Shown piece by piece: positions 1-11,126 of a DNA stretch of 64,000 nucleotides. The notes beneath the pieces were generated by a model. That model did not search any database, had not been told where the DNA came from, and saw only the letters and a list, made by a program, of their open reading frames with translations. Every line of letters begins with the position of its first letter. Positions within the stretch are counted from its first letter, which is position 1. Origin of the DNA: Piromyces finnis finn (taxonomy: Eukaryota > Fungi > Neocallimastigomycota); assembly GCA_002104945.1 (NCBI GenBank), contig MCFH01000003.1:930001-994000 (forward strand), given 5' to 3'. Position numbers and translations under genes: made by a program.

Positions 1-184
1 TAACTACAATTGTTCTAGCTGTACCTGTAGTTAATGATATAAGGTATTCTAACTTTTCTTGTTCTGGTACCTTATATAAATTACACCAATGTTTAAAAGA
101 AAATTCCCAATCATCAAATTCAACCTTTGTTGAACCCAAAATAGGTATTCTATTAAAGGTAATACCTTTAGTAGTATTATCCAT
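1..184 (-). CDS. gag: N-terminus of a putative retrotransposon Gag (element G), running off the window edge
   Basis: Minus strand from ATG at 184 reads MDNTTKGITFNRIPILGSTKVEFDDWEFSFKHWCNLYKVPEQEKLEYLISLTTGTARTIVV with no stop. It lies downstream of a PBS (2116-2133) and LTR. A paralog is at 58646-58846. Confidence 0.6.
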   Translation of the reverse strand, partial: MDNTTKGITFNRIPILGSTKVEFDDWEFSFKHWCNLYKVPEQEKLEYLISLTTGTARTIVV

Positions 185-679
185 TATTACTTTTTATTTT
201 TATTTTATTTAATTTTATTTTAATATTTTATTTAAAAACTCAATTTTTATTTATTCTCAATAATTTAGCTATAAGAACAATAATATGTTTTTATTTACAA
301 CAATCTTTATTTACAATAATTTAGTTATAAGTACAGTAATATGTTTTTATTTACAATAGTCTTTATTTACAATAATATAATTTTATTTACAGGTATTTTA
401 TTTATTACTGTTATTAATAAAATATAATCTTATATAACGTCTATATAATGTAATATAAAAGGAGTAATTGGTTGTTATTTGTAAACACTTGTAGACACTT
501 GTTTTAGTTTTATTGTAATTAAGAAGATTTTATTTTTGAGAAAATGTTAAGAATATATTTTATTTATATCAAGTTATTTATATATTAGTATTGTTAAAAA
601 AAATATTTAATTTAGAGTAGGATGTTTATTTTATTTCTTTATTATAAGGCAGAAAATAATATTGATTATGTTATTATAG

Positions 680-800
680 TACCTTCAGAGTACCCGACAG
701 TTTCGTCACCGTGCCTTTCGACCTCCACTAACTAACCGTCATAAATATTAAGTGGTGTAATATTTACTTATTAGTTAGCGCTCTACTCCCCCACGATATG
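680..800 (-). other. GC-rich, putatively structured motif in the 5' leader of element G
   Basis: Minus strand contains GAGTAGAGCGCT, hairpin TAAATATTA-CACCACT-TAATATTTA and AGTGGAGGTCGAAA; the motifs recur at 13103-13202; degenerate copy at about 61510-61620. Confidence 0.45.
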
Positions 801-2115
801 TGATAAAACTGCACTCTTACTAACTTACTATAAAACACTTTAATTATCTTAGTAATTAATTAACCAAAAAGATAAACAAAAGTTATTTTTCGCTGAAAAT
901 TAACTAAAAAAAGACAACTCAATATTATTGCTTTTATTATTTAAAATTTATAACAATATTCTTAATTTTATTTGACCGATGATTATATTTTATAATTTTT
1001 ATTAAATAATTTTTATCTTTAATTTATAAATTATAATTATTAATTTATAATTATAATTTATGTATTTCTTTTCTTTTAAAAAAAAATAATTAAATATAAA
1101 ACTTTATTTACAGGATTTATTTTTCGCTTTTTAGTGCCTTACAACAATTTAATTAACCGGCAAAAGCTACTAACTAGAGGTAATATACTAGACCTCAAAA
1201 TAAATTTAAACTATATATTTTTATGTCGCTTTACCTTCACGACAAACCTTTAGCCTTCGGTGACTAAAGTTCCTTATTCGCCAGAGTTCACAAAAGTATT
1301 CAACTTGAGAGTCCTGTATTGCGTGCTTTTTATCACACTAACAATCCCTTTCCCCAAGTAAGCGTGCTATTCACACTCGTCCTACTTTTACAAATACTTC
1401 AGTGATTAACAGCTATAGTTTCTAACCAACTGAAACTAGTTAATTATACACTGAAACTCTGTATATGAGCTCTATACGCTCCTAGTATATTTTTACAAGT
1501 ATTTTTATTTATAAAGTTTTATATTTATAATTTTTTTTTTTTTTGGTGTATATATATTTTTATATATATATACTTAAATCTTTATTTATTATTATTTTGA
1601 TTTATTTTTATTATATATTTATTTTTATGTATATATATCTAATGTATATATACCTATTTTATTATTATAATTAATTCTTTCAACTATCTTATTTACAATA
1701 TTATCAATCTATTTATCTAATAATTTTTCTATACTATTTTTTTTTTTTTTTTAATTCTTTTCTTATTTAAAATATCTATATATTTTATCTAATATATAAT
1801 GTTTATATATCAATTTACTATATTAATACTATACTATTAAGTATTATAATTTATTTATTTTATTTTAATATTGTTTTAATAATATTTAAATAATATTTCA
1901 ATATTGAATATTGATTTATTATTTTAATATTATTTTATTATTTAATAAGTTATAATTTCTAAATAGATAAAATATTGAGAATATTTAACTATTCTATTAA
2001 CTATCAATTCTATACTATTATAACTTGATTATTTAATTAATTTCATAGAATATTTTACTATTCTATATGAAATTTTTATATAAAGAAAATTTTATATATT
2101 TACCTTATTTTGATT

Positions 2116-2133
2116 CTCCGGTTCGAAGGACCA
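2116..2133 (-). promoter_or_regulatory. Primer binding site of element G, probably tRNA-Tyr
   Basis: Minus strand TGGTCCTTCGAACCGGAG, 1 nt after the LTR end ...TATATCA; complementary to a 3' end CCGGTTCGAAGGA-CCA, resembling eukaryotic tRNA-Tyr. Confidence 0.65.
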
Positions 2134-2134
2134 T

Positions 2135-3950
2135 TGATATAATTTGATAATAATCTTAATTTTGAATTTTACTTCAAAAAGTGATTATTATATTATATCT
2201 TTTGTTATAACTATATAAGTTATATTGATTAAGATTTAAAATCGTTTTTATAAAAATTAATAAAATTGTTTTGTTAAAACATTAAATTGTTTTATTAGAA
2301 ACACTTGTTTTTCTAATCTTTAAATATTTAAAATTTTATTTATTTAAGTATAAAAGTGATTATTAAAATTATAAAATATTAATTAAACTATATAATAATT
2401 TTTATTAATAATAATAATAATGATTAAAATAAGAATATTTACATGTATTTATATTTTCTTTTAAGTTTAAACCATTTACATTAAAACAATAAAATTAATA
2501 ACTGTTTACAATAAAAGTAATAAAAGTAATTAGAAATAACAATAAAAGAAATAATTAAAAGTTAAAGAATATAAAAAGTTGTTTATTTTACAATTAATTA
2601 AAGTAATAATTATTTTTAATGTTTTAATAAAGGTGTTTAATTATATTATTTTATAACATGAATTATTATATTTGTTTACTTTTAAAGTGTAACTTACTAA
2701 CGAAGTTATTAAATATTTAATTTAACAATTAATTTAACAAAAGTTATATATTTTGATCTCGATTAATTAAAGTTTATTATTTTCTTTCAATAATCAAAAT
2801 ATATGCAGTGTTTAGGATTAATTTTATTTAAGAATTTTGGTAAAGTACTTAATTAAACTATAACTTGTTTTAAGTTACTTTTAGGGTTAACTTAAAAATG
2901 TTAAGTTTTTGGATTTGGTTATGCGGCCAGGTCAGAATGTTATCAATTATATAGTAAATATGTTTTTAAGAAATTAAATTTAAATATAAAATAACCCTTT
3001 AAACTTCCAAATGAAAAATTAATATTTATTCTTTAGAATAACTTTTTTTTATAAAATTTTATTTATTTATTAATAATAATAATATAAATGATAATATATT
3101 TAATAACTATATAATTAAGATTATAACTATAATCTTTACAAAGAATTAAAATCAAATTCAATTCATTCTATTTTATATTCTTTGTTCAGATTATTAAATT
3201 GATAAAAATAAAGTATTACATGTAATATGTTAATAATATAATAAGATTGTTTGTTTGTTTGTTTATTTGTTTTGTCATGACATAAAATAAAATAAACATA
3301 TGATTAATCATTTAAACACTTGATCCATTAGCCTATTTTATAATAATTAAAATTATTTAATTTATAAATGTTAACTGTTACACCTAAATGGTTTAGTTCT
3401 ATTTTTAGTAACAGTCACTATCATTAATTAAATTAATATAATTAGAATTTCTATTGATATCTTTTTAATTTTCGTCAAGTCATAAGAAATGTCTATGATC
3501 CATACTTGATATCATATTAATTTTAATTTACTTATTAAAATCTTCAAATGATCATATCTTCCTTAAATGACCAGTTAGAAGGACCGCGATTATACCAAAA
3601 TATAGCTTTTCCCTTAAGCTTTCTAATAAACTTGGTTTCACAACCGTAGCACTTACAGCCGTAGCGATCATTTTTGGCGAGTTATGCCTAGTTTTGTGTT
3701 TGTTTATTTTTGGCTAAGGGTTATAGTGTATTGATATTAAATTTTTTGAAATCATAACCCTTTCACCGAATCAAAATTTAAAAGGTGACTTTTAAAGGTG
3801 TTTTAAAATAATTATTGGGATCATTTAATTCTAATTATTATGTTTAATTAATTATAGATATTATCTGAATTTGTTTTAAATCCAGTTAATATCTTCACAA
3901 AAAATCAGGTATAATAATAATTTTATATTTATTAATTTCATTATTTATCG
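2135..3950 (-). mobile_element. 5' LTR of element G (LTR-G, about 810 bp net), interrupted by solo LTR-C
   Basis: Termini (T/C)GATAAATAATG...AATTATATCA, followed by a PBS; homologous copies at 21670-26340 (interrupted) and 27426-27951. Confidence 0.7.
2899..3899. mobile_element. Solo LTR-C (1001 bp) nested in LTR-G
   Basis: TG...CA ends; AAAAA TSD at 2894-2898 and 3900-3904; an empty-site version TTAACTT-AAAAA-TCAGG is near 61996-62011; near-identical inverted copy at 21721-22712. Confidence 0.85.
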
Positions 3951-3953
3951 AAT

Positions 3954-4660
3954 TGTTGCGGTTCGAGGAATTTACTTTTATTTATAAAATATTAATAAAT
4001 TTATTAATACTCAAAAATAATATTAAAATGAAATAAGAAAAATTGTTTTATTAATAAATTTGTTTTATTAAGATATTAATATAAAATTATAAAATAAAAT
4101 AAAAATAAAAATAAAAATATCTGTATATTCTCTAATTCTTATAATATACACCTTTTTATACTTTTTGTAAAAAAATTAAGTAGTGTTAATTAAAAGAATT
4201 AGTCTTTAATTATTTACATTAATTTTAGTCTTTAAATTACTTTTAAATGAATAATAAAATTACATTACTATTATAATAAATATTTATACATATTATTAAA
4301 TTGATTAACATACATTAAAAGTTTACTTTAAATATATTTAACTAAAGAATTTTACTATTTTACAGAAATATTATTCATAATTTTAATTAATAAAAATTCA
4401 TTAACTTGATAAATTAAACTAAAAGTTCAATAAACTATAATTTTCAATATATTATTATTACTAAATTAATTTTTAAGTTTAATAAAATAAAATTTAAGTT
4501 CAATAAAAATAATTATTAATAATTTTAAATATAATTTAAGTGTATACATTAATTTACAAATAAGAATATTGTAAAGTTTTCATACATTTAGGAACAATAA
4601 TGGATTAGGTCATAATCATTAATTATGACAAGAATAACATTATTTGTTGGTTCCTTAACA
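3954..4660 (-). repeat. 3' LTR of element 1 (LTR-A, 707 bp)
   Basis: TGTTAAGGAA...GAACCGCAACA; direct repeat of 11127-11826. Confidence 0.93.
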
Positions 4661-4683
4661 AGTGCCCCCACGAAGACTCTTGC

Positions 4684-7600
4684 TTACGCAAAAGCAGAGT
4701 TAAACTTTACAATGTTCTTAAGATGAACATTTCGGTTCATCTGAATTCCAGTGGATATATCAGCTAAAGTAACCGTATTGAATTGTTTCTTGACAACTTT
4801 GAGTGGTCCAACGAAATAAGGCTCTAACTTCGTTCGATTAAAATTTCTAACTAATACTAGATCACCGATATGGATATTTTTGCCCTTAGTCATACTTTGT
4901 TTTTCTTCCCTTCTAGTAGCCCAGTATTTATTCGCATTTTTAATATTTTCACAAGCTTCCAACGTCCACCTGTAATGATTAATAAACTTCTCAAGTAAGA
5001 TTTCATCCGAAGACTGATTAATACCCTTAGTAGGTCTGGCGGCAATATCAAAGGGTTGCTGATCTTCTCTTCCATAAACCAATTCAAAACTAGAATGGTT
5101 TGTGACAGTATTTTTAGTAGTTCTGAGCGCCCAAAGAGCAGAAGGCAAAATTTCATCCCAATCCTTGTTTTCTTTTCCAAGCAGTCTTAGAAGCTTTCCA
5201 ATTTCTTTGTTTCTATTTTCAGTCAAACCATTACTTTCAGGATGATAAGTTGAGACAAACTTGACATAGACATCATATAAGTCCAGGAAAACTTTGGTCA
5301 TATCTGAGGTAAATTGGACACCGTTATCGGTTGTAATGACTTGTGGTACTCCATGCCGAGAGAAAACATTGATTAAAAATTTTATGACATCCTTTGAAGT
5401 GATATTTTCGGTGGGTTCTGCTTCGACCCATTTTGTGAAATGATCCACTGCAACTATAATATATTGGTTATTGTTACGAGTTTTTACCAATGGACCAATG
5501 ATATCTAAACCCAGATGAGTGAAAGGAGCTTCAACCTCAGTTGGAAGATTTTCCGTAGGTTCTGGATATGGTTGAGGGCGATTAAGTTGGCATTTTTCAC
5601 ATTTGGCTACAACTCTTCGAATATCATTAACCATGTCGTTCCAATAATAGCTTTTTTTCAGACGTTGATAAGTTTTATAATATCCTTCATGTCCAATGTT
5701 ATGAGCTTCCAAAATCAATTTCATCTTTTCATTGGTTTCCGTGATCAGTTTTCGATAATTCCTTCCATCAATAAAGTAATCTACCCCATCTATTTTGGTG
5801 AACTTTTCTTCAACAAATTCTTTAATTACCTTAGATAGCATGGTTTCTTCTATACCTTTATTAATTTTAGTAGCTAACACTTCCTTATCTTTGTCATTTC
5901 TCATTCGAGACAGTGCATCTGCTACAACATTCTTTTTACCTTGTTCATAACGAATATCAACTCCTAGCATACTAGCTGTTAAACACCATCTTGTTTGTCT
6001 TGCATTGTTTGACTCCTTATTTTTAAATAATCCAATTAATGGTTTATGATCAGTATAGACGATAGTCTTGAATGGACTTCCCATTATATAAGGCTTTAAT
6101 TTAGTAATGCAGTAAAATAAGGCAGTCCCTTCCAAGTCAGTAATTCCATAATTTTTTTCTGCTTTCGTCAGACTTCGGCTAATATAATGAATTGGATGTT
6201 CAATATCGGTACCTTCCTTTTGTAATAATACTCCTCCGATTCCTTCATACGATGCATCTGTTCGGATTATAAATTCTTTCTCAAAATCAGGGAATTTCAG
6301 AATAGGCGCATTAATTAACTTTTCTTTCAATATAATAAAACTCTCTTGTTGTTCATTACACCATTTGAAAGGAACACCTTTTCTAAGCAACTTACACAAG
6401 GGAGCAGTAAGTTTAGCATAATTAGGAATAAAATCTCTATAATATCCAATTGAACCTAGGAATGATCTTAATTCATGGATATTCGAAGGAGGTTTCCAAT
6501 TTTTTATAGCTTGGATTTTGTTATCTAATGGTTTAAGACCTTCTGTAGTTAAACGATGGCCTAACACGTCAACTTCAGTTTGCATAAAATGACATTTTTC
6601 AATATTGATTTTTAGTTTGTTTTTCCGGAAAATTGCTAAAACTTGATTTATATGTTCAATATGTTCTTCAATACTCTTTGAATAGATCAGAATATCATCA
6701 ATGAAGTTATAAACACACTTTCCAATTAACGGAAACAGAATCCGATTCATCTCCCTCTGAAATGTAGCGGGTGCTCCAGTGAGACCAAAAGGCATAACCT
6801 TGAATTGGTAATTTCCAAACTTAGTTGTAAAACTTGTCAATTCAACGCTTTCTTCATCCATACGGATTTGATGATAGCCGGAATATAAGTCCATAGTAGT
6901 GAATATAGTTGCACCATGTAAACTATCAAATATCTCATCTATAAAAGGAATTGAATAGGCATCCTTTTCAGACAAATCATTAACTCTTCGATAGTCCACG
7001 CACATTCTCCATTTCCCATTATGCTTCGGGACCAAAACCACCGGAGAAGACCATTCCGAGTACGATGGCTCAATTAGCTTTTTATTAATCAATTTAGACA
7101 ATTCTTCCTTAAGTATATTAGATTTGAACTTGGCTAACCTATATGATCTTTGTTTAATTGGCTTTGCTCCTGGCTTTAAATTAATCTTATGGGGAGTTAA
7201 ATTCGAAGGTGTTAGTTCTTCAGAAGAAGTAGCAATAATTTCAATATTCTCTTCCAATATCCGAACAATTTGTTCTCGATACTTTTCATTAAGAGTCTCA
7301 GTAAAATTTTTATTGTGAATATATTTTGAAGGTGGTAAACCTTCAATATTTTTCAAATCACTTTTAAAATCTTCATCACCGACTCTACGTATCATACACA
7401 TAATCTTTTCTTCATCATCATATTTGTTATTAATTGGAGCAATATCTTCAATAAATCCATTTGAGTTAAATCTGCAAAGACTATAGCGAAGTGGGTGGAT
7501 AAATAAGTTGTTATCCATTTGGGTTTTCAAATTAATTAACATATCATAAAAGGGGTCTTCTTTATCCACCACTCTAAAATCAGCAGTGATTGTAAGATCA

Positions 7601-8739
7601 TTTATCTGGACAGGTACTCTAATAATTATGCCTTCCGAATAGTCATCATTTTTAGTAGCTAAACGTATTCTTCCACAACTCAATCCAATAGATTCATATT
7701 GATGGGGAAGTTTATCTAAATATTTTTTTGTTATAATACTTAAGTTGCTACAAGAATCAACTAATAATTTACCTGGTACCCCATCAACCGTTGCATCTAC
7801 CATAGCGATATCTTCTTCTGATACTTCTTTACTTTTGCTTACATACGAATGATCTACATTATTTACTAATACCGAAGTAGCCTTAAAATTCTCCAGAGTT
7901 CCCACAATTTTTGTGTTGTTCTTTTCCAGTTTAAGACCTTGTGACACTTGCGTTCGTAACTTTGAAGCCGAGTTAAGTAATTGACCAAAAGTAATATTGC
8001 ATTTTGTTTCGTTAAGATCTTTAACTACATTATATTCTTCCGTATCTGCTATCATTTGAATATTTCTAGCAGTTTTCTTAACCTTCGATTCTGCAGGTTT
8101 TTCTTTCTTTTGCTCTTTCATTAATTTAGTTAGAGTTGAATTAGAAGTAGATTTGGTTGATTCACTTGTGTTATCTTTCTCTACCACCTTAGCACCTTTC
8201 TTATCTGTAATTGCAGATAACATTTCTTCTTCATCATAGTCGATAATAATAGGATCTTCATTAGAACTTGCCAATTCATTCTTTTCTTCTTCCTTTTGTT
8301 CACTACTACTAGCACGCTCTTTATCCCGAAGTTTTCTTTCTTTTAGTTTTTGTTCTCTGATATTCGGTTGAGCAATAATAGAAGGATGCAGTTGCTTAGG
8401 AGAAACATCTATTAGTATATTTTCTAATTCTTGTGCTTTACGTTTCCTAAGAGCAGGTGTAAGAATAGGTCTAGGATCATTTTTCAAGTTTTTGTGAAGT
8501 CGTTTTTCTTTATTATCATCTTGTTCTTTGCTTATTTTATCCAACTTCCTTTTATTAGCACATACAAAGAACTGTTCATTAATATCAGTATCTTCAAAGT
8601 CACTTTCGATTTCTTCATCATATTCTTCTTTCGACCAATCACTCTGGCTTGTTGTTTCTTCACTTGGCATTGACTGATACTGAGCTGAAGCTATTTTATT
8701 GACGATGGGAGTGCTTCTTCTCCCACTTAATGATTTAAA
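4684..8739 (-). CDS. pol: Pol polyprotein of element 1 (long N-terminal extension, protease, RT, RNase H, integrase), predicted -1 frameshift product
   Basis: 1328-aa ORF extendable to the slippery site. Motifs: LVDSCSN (PR), WRMCVDYR, MPFGL and FIDDILIYS (RT), TDASYEGIGGVL, YTDHKPL and NVVADALSR (RH), H-x4-H..C-x2-C, LDIIGP, TDNGVQF and HPESNGLTE (IN), and a GPY/F-like EPYFVGPLKV. Confidence 0.95.
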   Translation of the reverse strand, partial: FKSLSGRRSTPIVNKIASAQYQSMPSEETTSQSDWSKEEYDEEIESDFEDTDINEQFFVCANKRKLDKISKEQDDNKEKRLHKNLKNDPRPILTPALRKRKAQELENILIDVSPKQLHPSIIAQPNIREQKLKERKLRDKERASSSEQKEEEKNELASSNEDPIIIDYDEEEMLSAITDKKGAKVVEKDNTSESTKSTSNSTLTKLMKEQKKEKPAESKVKKTARNIQMIADTEEYNVVKDLNETKCNITFGQLLNSASKLRTQVSQGLKLEKNNTKIVGTLENFKATSVLVNNVDHSYVSKSKEVSEEDIAMVDATVDGVPGKLLVDSCSNLSIITKKYLDKLPHQYESIGLSCGRIRLATKNDDYSEGIIIRVPVQINDLTITADFRVVDKEDPFYDMLINLKTQMDNNLFIHPLRYSLCRFNSNGFIEDIAPINNKYDDEEKIMCMIRRVGDEDFKSDLKNIEGLPPSKYIHNKNFTETLNEKYREQIVRILEENIEIIATSSEELTPSNLTPHKINLKPGAKPIKQRSYRLAKFKSNILKEELSKLINKKLIEPSYSEWSSPVVLVPKHNGKWRMCVDYRRVNDLSEKDAYSIPFIDEIFDSLHGATIFTTMDLYSGYHQIRMDEESVELTSFTTKFGNYQFKVMPFGLTGAPATFQREMNRILFPLIGKCVYNFIDDILIYSKSIEEHIEHINQVLAIFRKNKLKINIEKCHFMQTEVDVLGHRLTTEGLKPLDNKIQAIKNWKPPSNIHELRSFLGSIGYYRDFIPNYAKLTAPLCKLLRKGVPFKWCNEQQESFIILKEKLINAPILKFPDFEKEFIIRTDASYEGIGGVLLQKEGTDIEHPIHYISRSLTKAEKNYGITDLEGTALFYCITKLKPYIMGSPFKTIVYTDHKPLIGLFKNKESNNARQTRWCLTASMLGVDIRYEQGKKNVVADALSRMRNDKDKEVLATKINKGIEETMLSKVIKEFVEEKFTKIDGVDYFIDGRNYRKLITETNEKMKLILEAHNIGHEGYYKTYQRLKKSYYWNDMVNDIRRVVAKCEKCQLNRPQPYPEPTENLPTEVEAPFTHLGLDIIGPLVKTRNNNQYIIVAVDHFTKWVEAEPTENITSKDVIKFLINVFSRHGVPQVITTDNGVQFTSDMTKVFLDLYDVYVKFVSTYHPESNGLTENRNKEIGKLLRLLGKENKDWDEILPSALWALRTTKNTVTNHSSFELVYGREDQQPFDIAARPTKGINQSSDEILLEKFINHYRWTLEACENIKNANKYWATRREEKQSMTKGKNIHIGDLVLVRNFNRTKLEPYFVGPLKVVKKQFNTVTLADISTGIQMNRNVHLKNIVKFNSAFA
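8687..8739 (-). promoter_or_regulatory. Predicted -1 ribosomal frameshift signal (U_UUA_AAU plus H-type pseudoknot)
   Basis: CAT TTA AAT CAT TAA then GTGGGAG-AA-GAAGC-A-CTCCCAT-13nt-GCTTC; pol is in the -1 frame and open across the heptamer. Confidence 0.8.
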
Positions 8740-9608
8740 TGATTATCATAATAACGCTTCTTGTTTCCTTCAATAATGGCTTGAAGTTTTGGGCAATTTT
8801 GTTGATAATGACCAGGTTCACTACAGAAGAAACAAGCTTTAATAGTTAAATTCTTCATTTTCTTGACTAGTTTATTCATTTCATCATCTTTATTAGGCTT
8901 TTTGGCTTCAGTAAAAGAAACTTTTCTCTTGTATGGTCGAAAATGATTATAACTTTTGGTTATTGCAGTAGTCGTTGGTATATTACCATCATTATCTATT
9001 ATAGTAGATAACCTATCTACCTTCTCAGCTATCTTAAAGGCCTTTTCTAGGGTGATATCATCTTTTAAAAATACTTTTCTCCATGCTTCTTTATTATTTT
9101 GTAAAGAATCTGCATAATCTAACACACTAATCTGCTTCTTCTTTTTCTTATCCAACTTTAAATATAAAGATCTATATCTTCTATTGAAATCTTTAACTGA
9201 TTCATTTCTTCTTATACGTAGTCTTCTTAGTTCCCGTAATAACATACTTTGATCTTCTTTTAACCCATAAAATGTTTCAAGGGCATTGATAATTTTCCCA
9301 AGTGAGGGATAATCTTCTTCATTAGATTCATTTTTCTGATTCTCTTCTTCATTTTCACTTTCATATTCATCTTCACTATCACTGTCTTTATCTTCCAACT
9401 CTTGGATTACCTTTCTTGGTTCACCCTTAGAAGTAAGCACACATGCCATGTAAATTTTCTTGGCACTAGTGATATCTTGAAGTTCAATCCATAAACTTAT
9501 TTCAGAAGCCCAGGATCTTATGTCCAAATTATCTTTGGAAAGTTTTTCTATATCCTTGAGTTCCTTCTTCAACTCCTTGAAATCTATCCTTGTAGTAGAA
9601 TTGCTCAT
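8727..9608 (-). CDS. gag: Gag of element 1 with CCHC zinc knuckle
   Basis: Open ORF (likely ATG at 9608, MSNSTTRID...) with CFFCSEPGHYQQNC near the C-terminus, directly upstream of pol. Confidence 0.9.
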   Translation of the reverse strand: MSNSTTRIDFKELKKELKDIEKLSKDNLDIRSWASEISLWIELQDITSAKKIYMACVLTSKGEPRKVIQELEDKDSDSEDEYESENEEENQKNESNEEDYPSLGKIINALETFYGLKEDQSMLLRELRRLRIRRNESVKDFNRRYRSLYLKLDKKKKKQISVLDYADSLQNNKEAWRKVFLKDDITLEKAFKIAEKVDRLSTIIDNDGNIPTTTAITKSYNHFRPYKRKVSFTEAKKPNKDDEMNKLVKKMKNLTIKACFFCSEPGHYQQNCPKLQAIIEGNKKRYYDNHLNH

Positions 9609-9984
9609 TTTCTTGTATTTTCCTTGACCGAATTTATTGCAGTACAAGATGACACAGTATAGACTCAAAAATACCTTTGATAGTCTAAAAAAAAATTATA
9701 AGTTCGAAATTCCTTTATCGACCACTTATTAGTTGTAACCAAGCTCGAAATTCCTTTATCGACCACTTGACAGAATGAGATACAAATAATCTAGCACAGC
9801 ACGTACTACCAATTATTTATTTAAATTTTAGTATCACTCCTTACTATCTTAGTTCAGTCAGAAAAGATGAAATTATTACTTTTGTTTTCTGTTTTTAGTT
9901 AATTATTATTTGTTTTCAATTTACTAGCAAGAATTTTAATTTAATATTGTTATTACTGATTCAAGTTACCGACCAAATTATATA

Positions 9985-10135
9985 TAATAGACTATTAACT
10001 AAGAGTCTTTCGTCCAATGGTAAATGTTGCCGTCACCTTATTCACACGATCTAAGTTCCGTCACGTGCTTCAGGATCTTTCTACCACCCCTAGTATACCT
10101 CTGTTGATTAGTTAATAATGCTTGTCTATGCTGAT
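9985..10135 (-). other. GC-rich island in the 1.5-kb leader of element 1, enclosed by a long stem
   Basis: ATTATTAACTAA...TTAGTTAATAGT close the island; retained in copies at about 28820-28950, 34720-34850 and 41890-42020. Confidence 0.4.
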
Positions 10136-11101
10136 ATAACTTGTTTAACTTAAAACAGTAAGAAAAGAATATTTCAATTAGCAATATTAAATTACTCGAA
10201 GAGAATCAACAAAAAGAATAGATATATATATCTATATTTTTTTTTTTTTAATTAATTATTATTTAAAAACTTATTTCTTTTTATAAAAATATAAGCCAAC
10301 CTATATAATGTTAAACCATCAAGTATTATAGGTTGTGTAATTCTAAGTGAAAATCCCTCGTAGCTCTTTGATGATAAGCCACAAATATACCCGATGGTTA
10401 ATATTAAATATAATTTAATAAAAGGAAGTAACGTAATTAATTTCTTTATTATCACTAACTTAATTAGCGGAAAGAAAATAATTGATTATCTTCCCCAATT
10501 ATCAGATATAATTGAACACCAAAGTATTACGTACAGCAGTTTAACTTGCCACGCTAAGGGTCACTTTCGAATTATTTATTTATATTTTAAAAAGAATAAT
10601 TTTTAAAAATCGTTCAATTAAAAAAAAATATTTTTTTTTTTTTTAAAAAATTATAAATACTAAAATAATATTTAATTTATTAAAAATTTGAATTACAATA
10701 ATAAGTATAGTAGAACAGCATTTCACAGCAATTTTCCAATACTTATTTAGGGTGCTTAAGTAGTTCACAATTGCCCAGCTTACCGTATTACCAGTGTCAT
10801 GTAGCAATTATGCGAGGCACTTCTATTTCTCTAGCAAAATAGAAAGGTTCAGCGCTTTCCAGTATCCTACTGTGAAAGATAAACTAGACCTAAAAACTTA
10901 ACCACTAATTCCTAAATAAGTACTGCTTCTAAAGCGTACTAATTCAGTTCTACTAAAATATTATACCTTAAAGCTTCAACAGTAATATAAATATTACCTA
11001 TAACTTTGAAGGGTAATAAATTTTTAAGAAATTTATATAATATTTTAGTAATATTTTAATATTACTTTATCCTATGTATTAATAATTTTTATTAATATTA
11101 T

Positions 11102-11119
11102 TCCCCGATATCTCCACCA
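11102..11119 (-). promoter_or_regulatory. PBS of element 1, tRNA-Ala type
   Basis: TGGTGGAGATATCGGGGA, 7 nt after the 5' LTR; complementary to ...CCCCGATATCTCCA-CCA, with U70 and A73 as in tRNA-Ala. Confidence 0.8.
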
Positions 11120-11126
11120 ATTTTTA

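Noticed and set aside
680-720. Hammerhead-like pieces (GAAAC...GUA, CUGAAG) in the leader islands of elements G and 1
   Set aside because: No CUGANGA core and no room for stem I; the topology does not fit.
6680-6720. FIDD instead of YxDD in the RT
   Set aside because: FIDD is a common variant in Gypsy RTs.
4890-8673. Short ORFs overlapping pol (4890-5180, 5515-5838, 7124-7318, 8431-8673 and equivalents in elements 2 and 3)
   Set aside because: Shadow frames of pol with no recognisable motifs.
10252-10606. Small ORFs in the leader (also 28387-28750 and 34284-34647)
   Set aside because: Low-complexity AT-rich frames whose ends differ between copies; no evidence of coding constraint.
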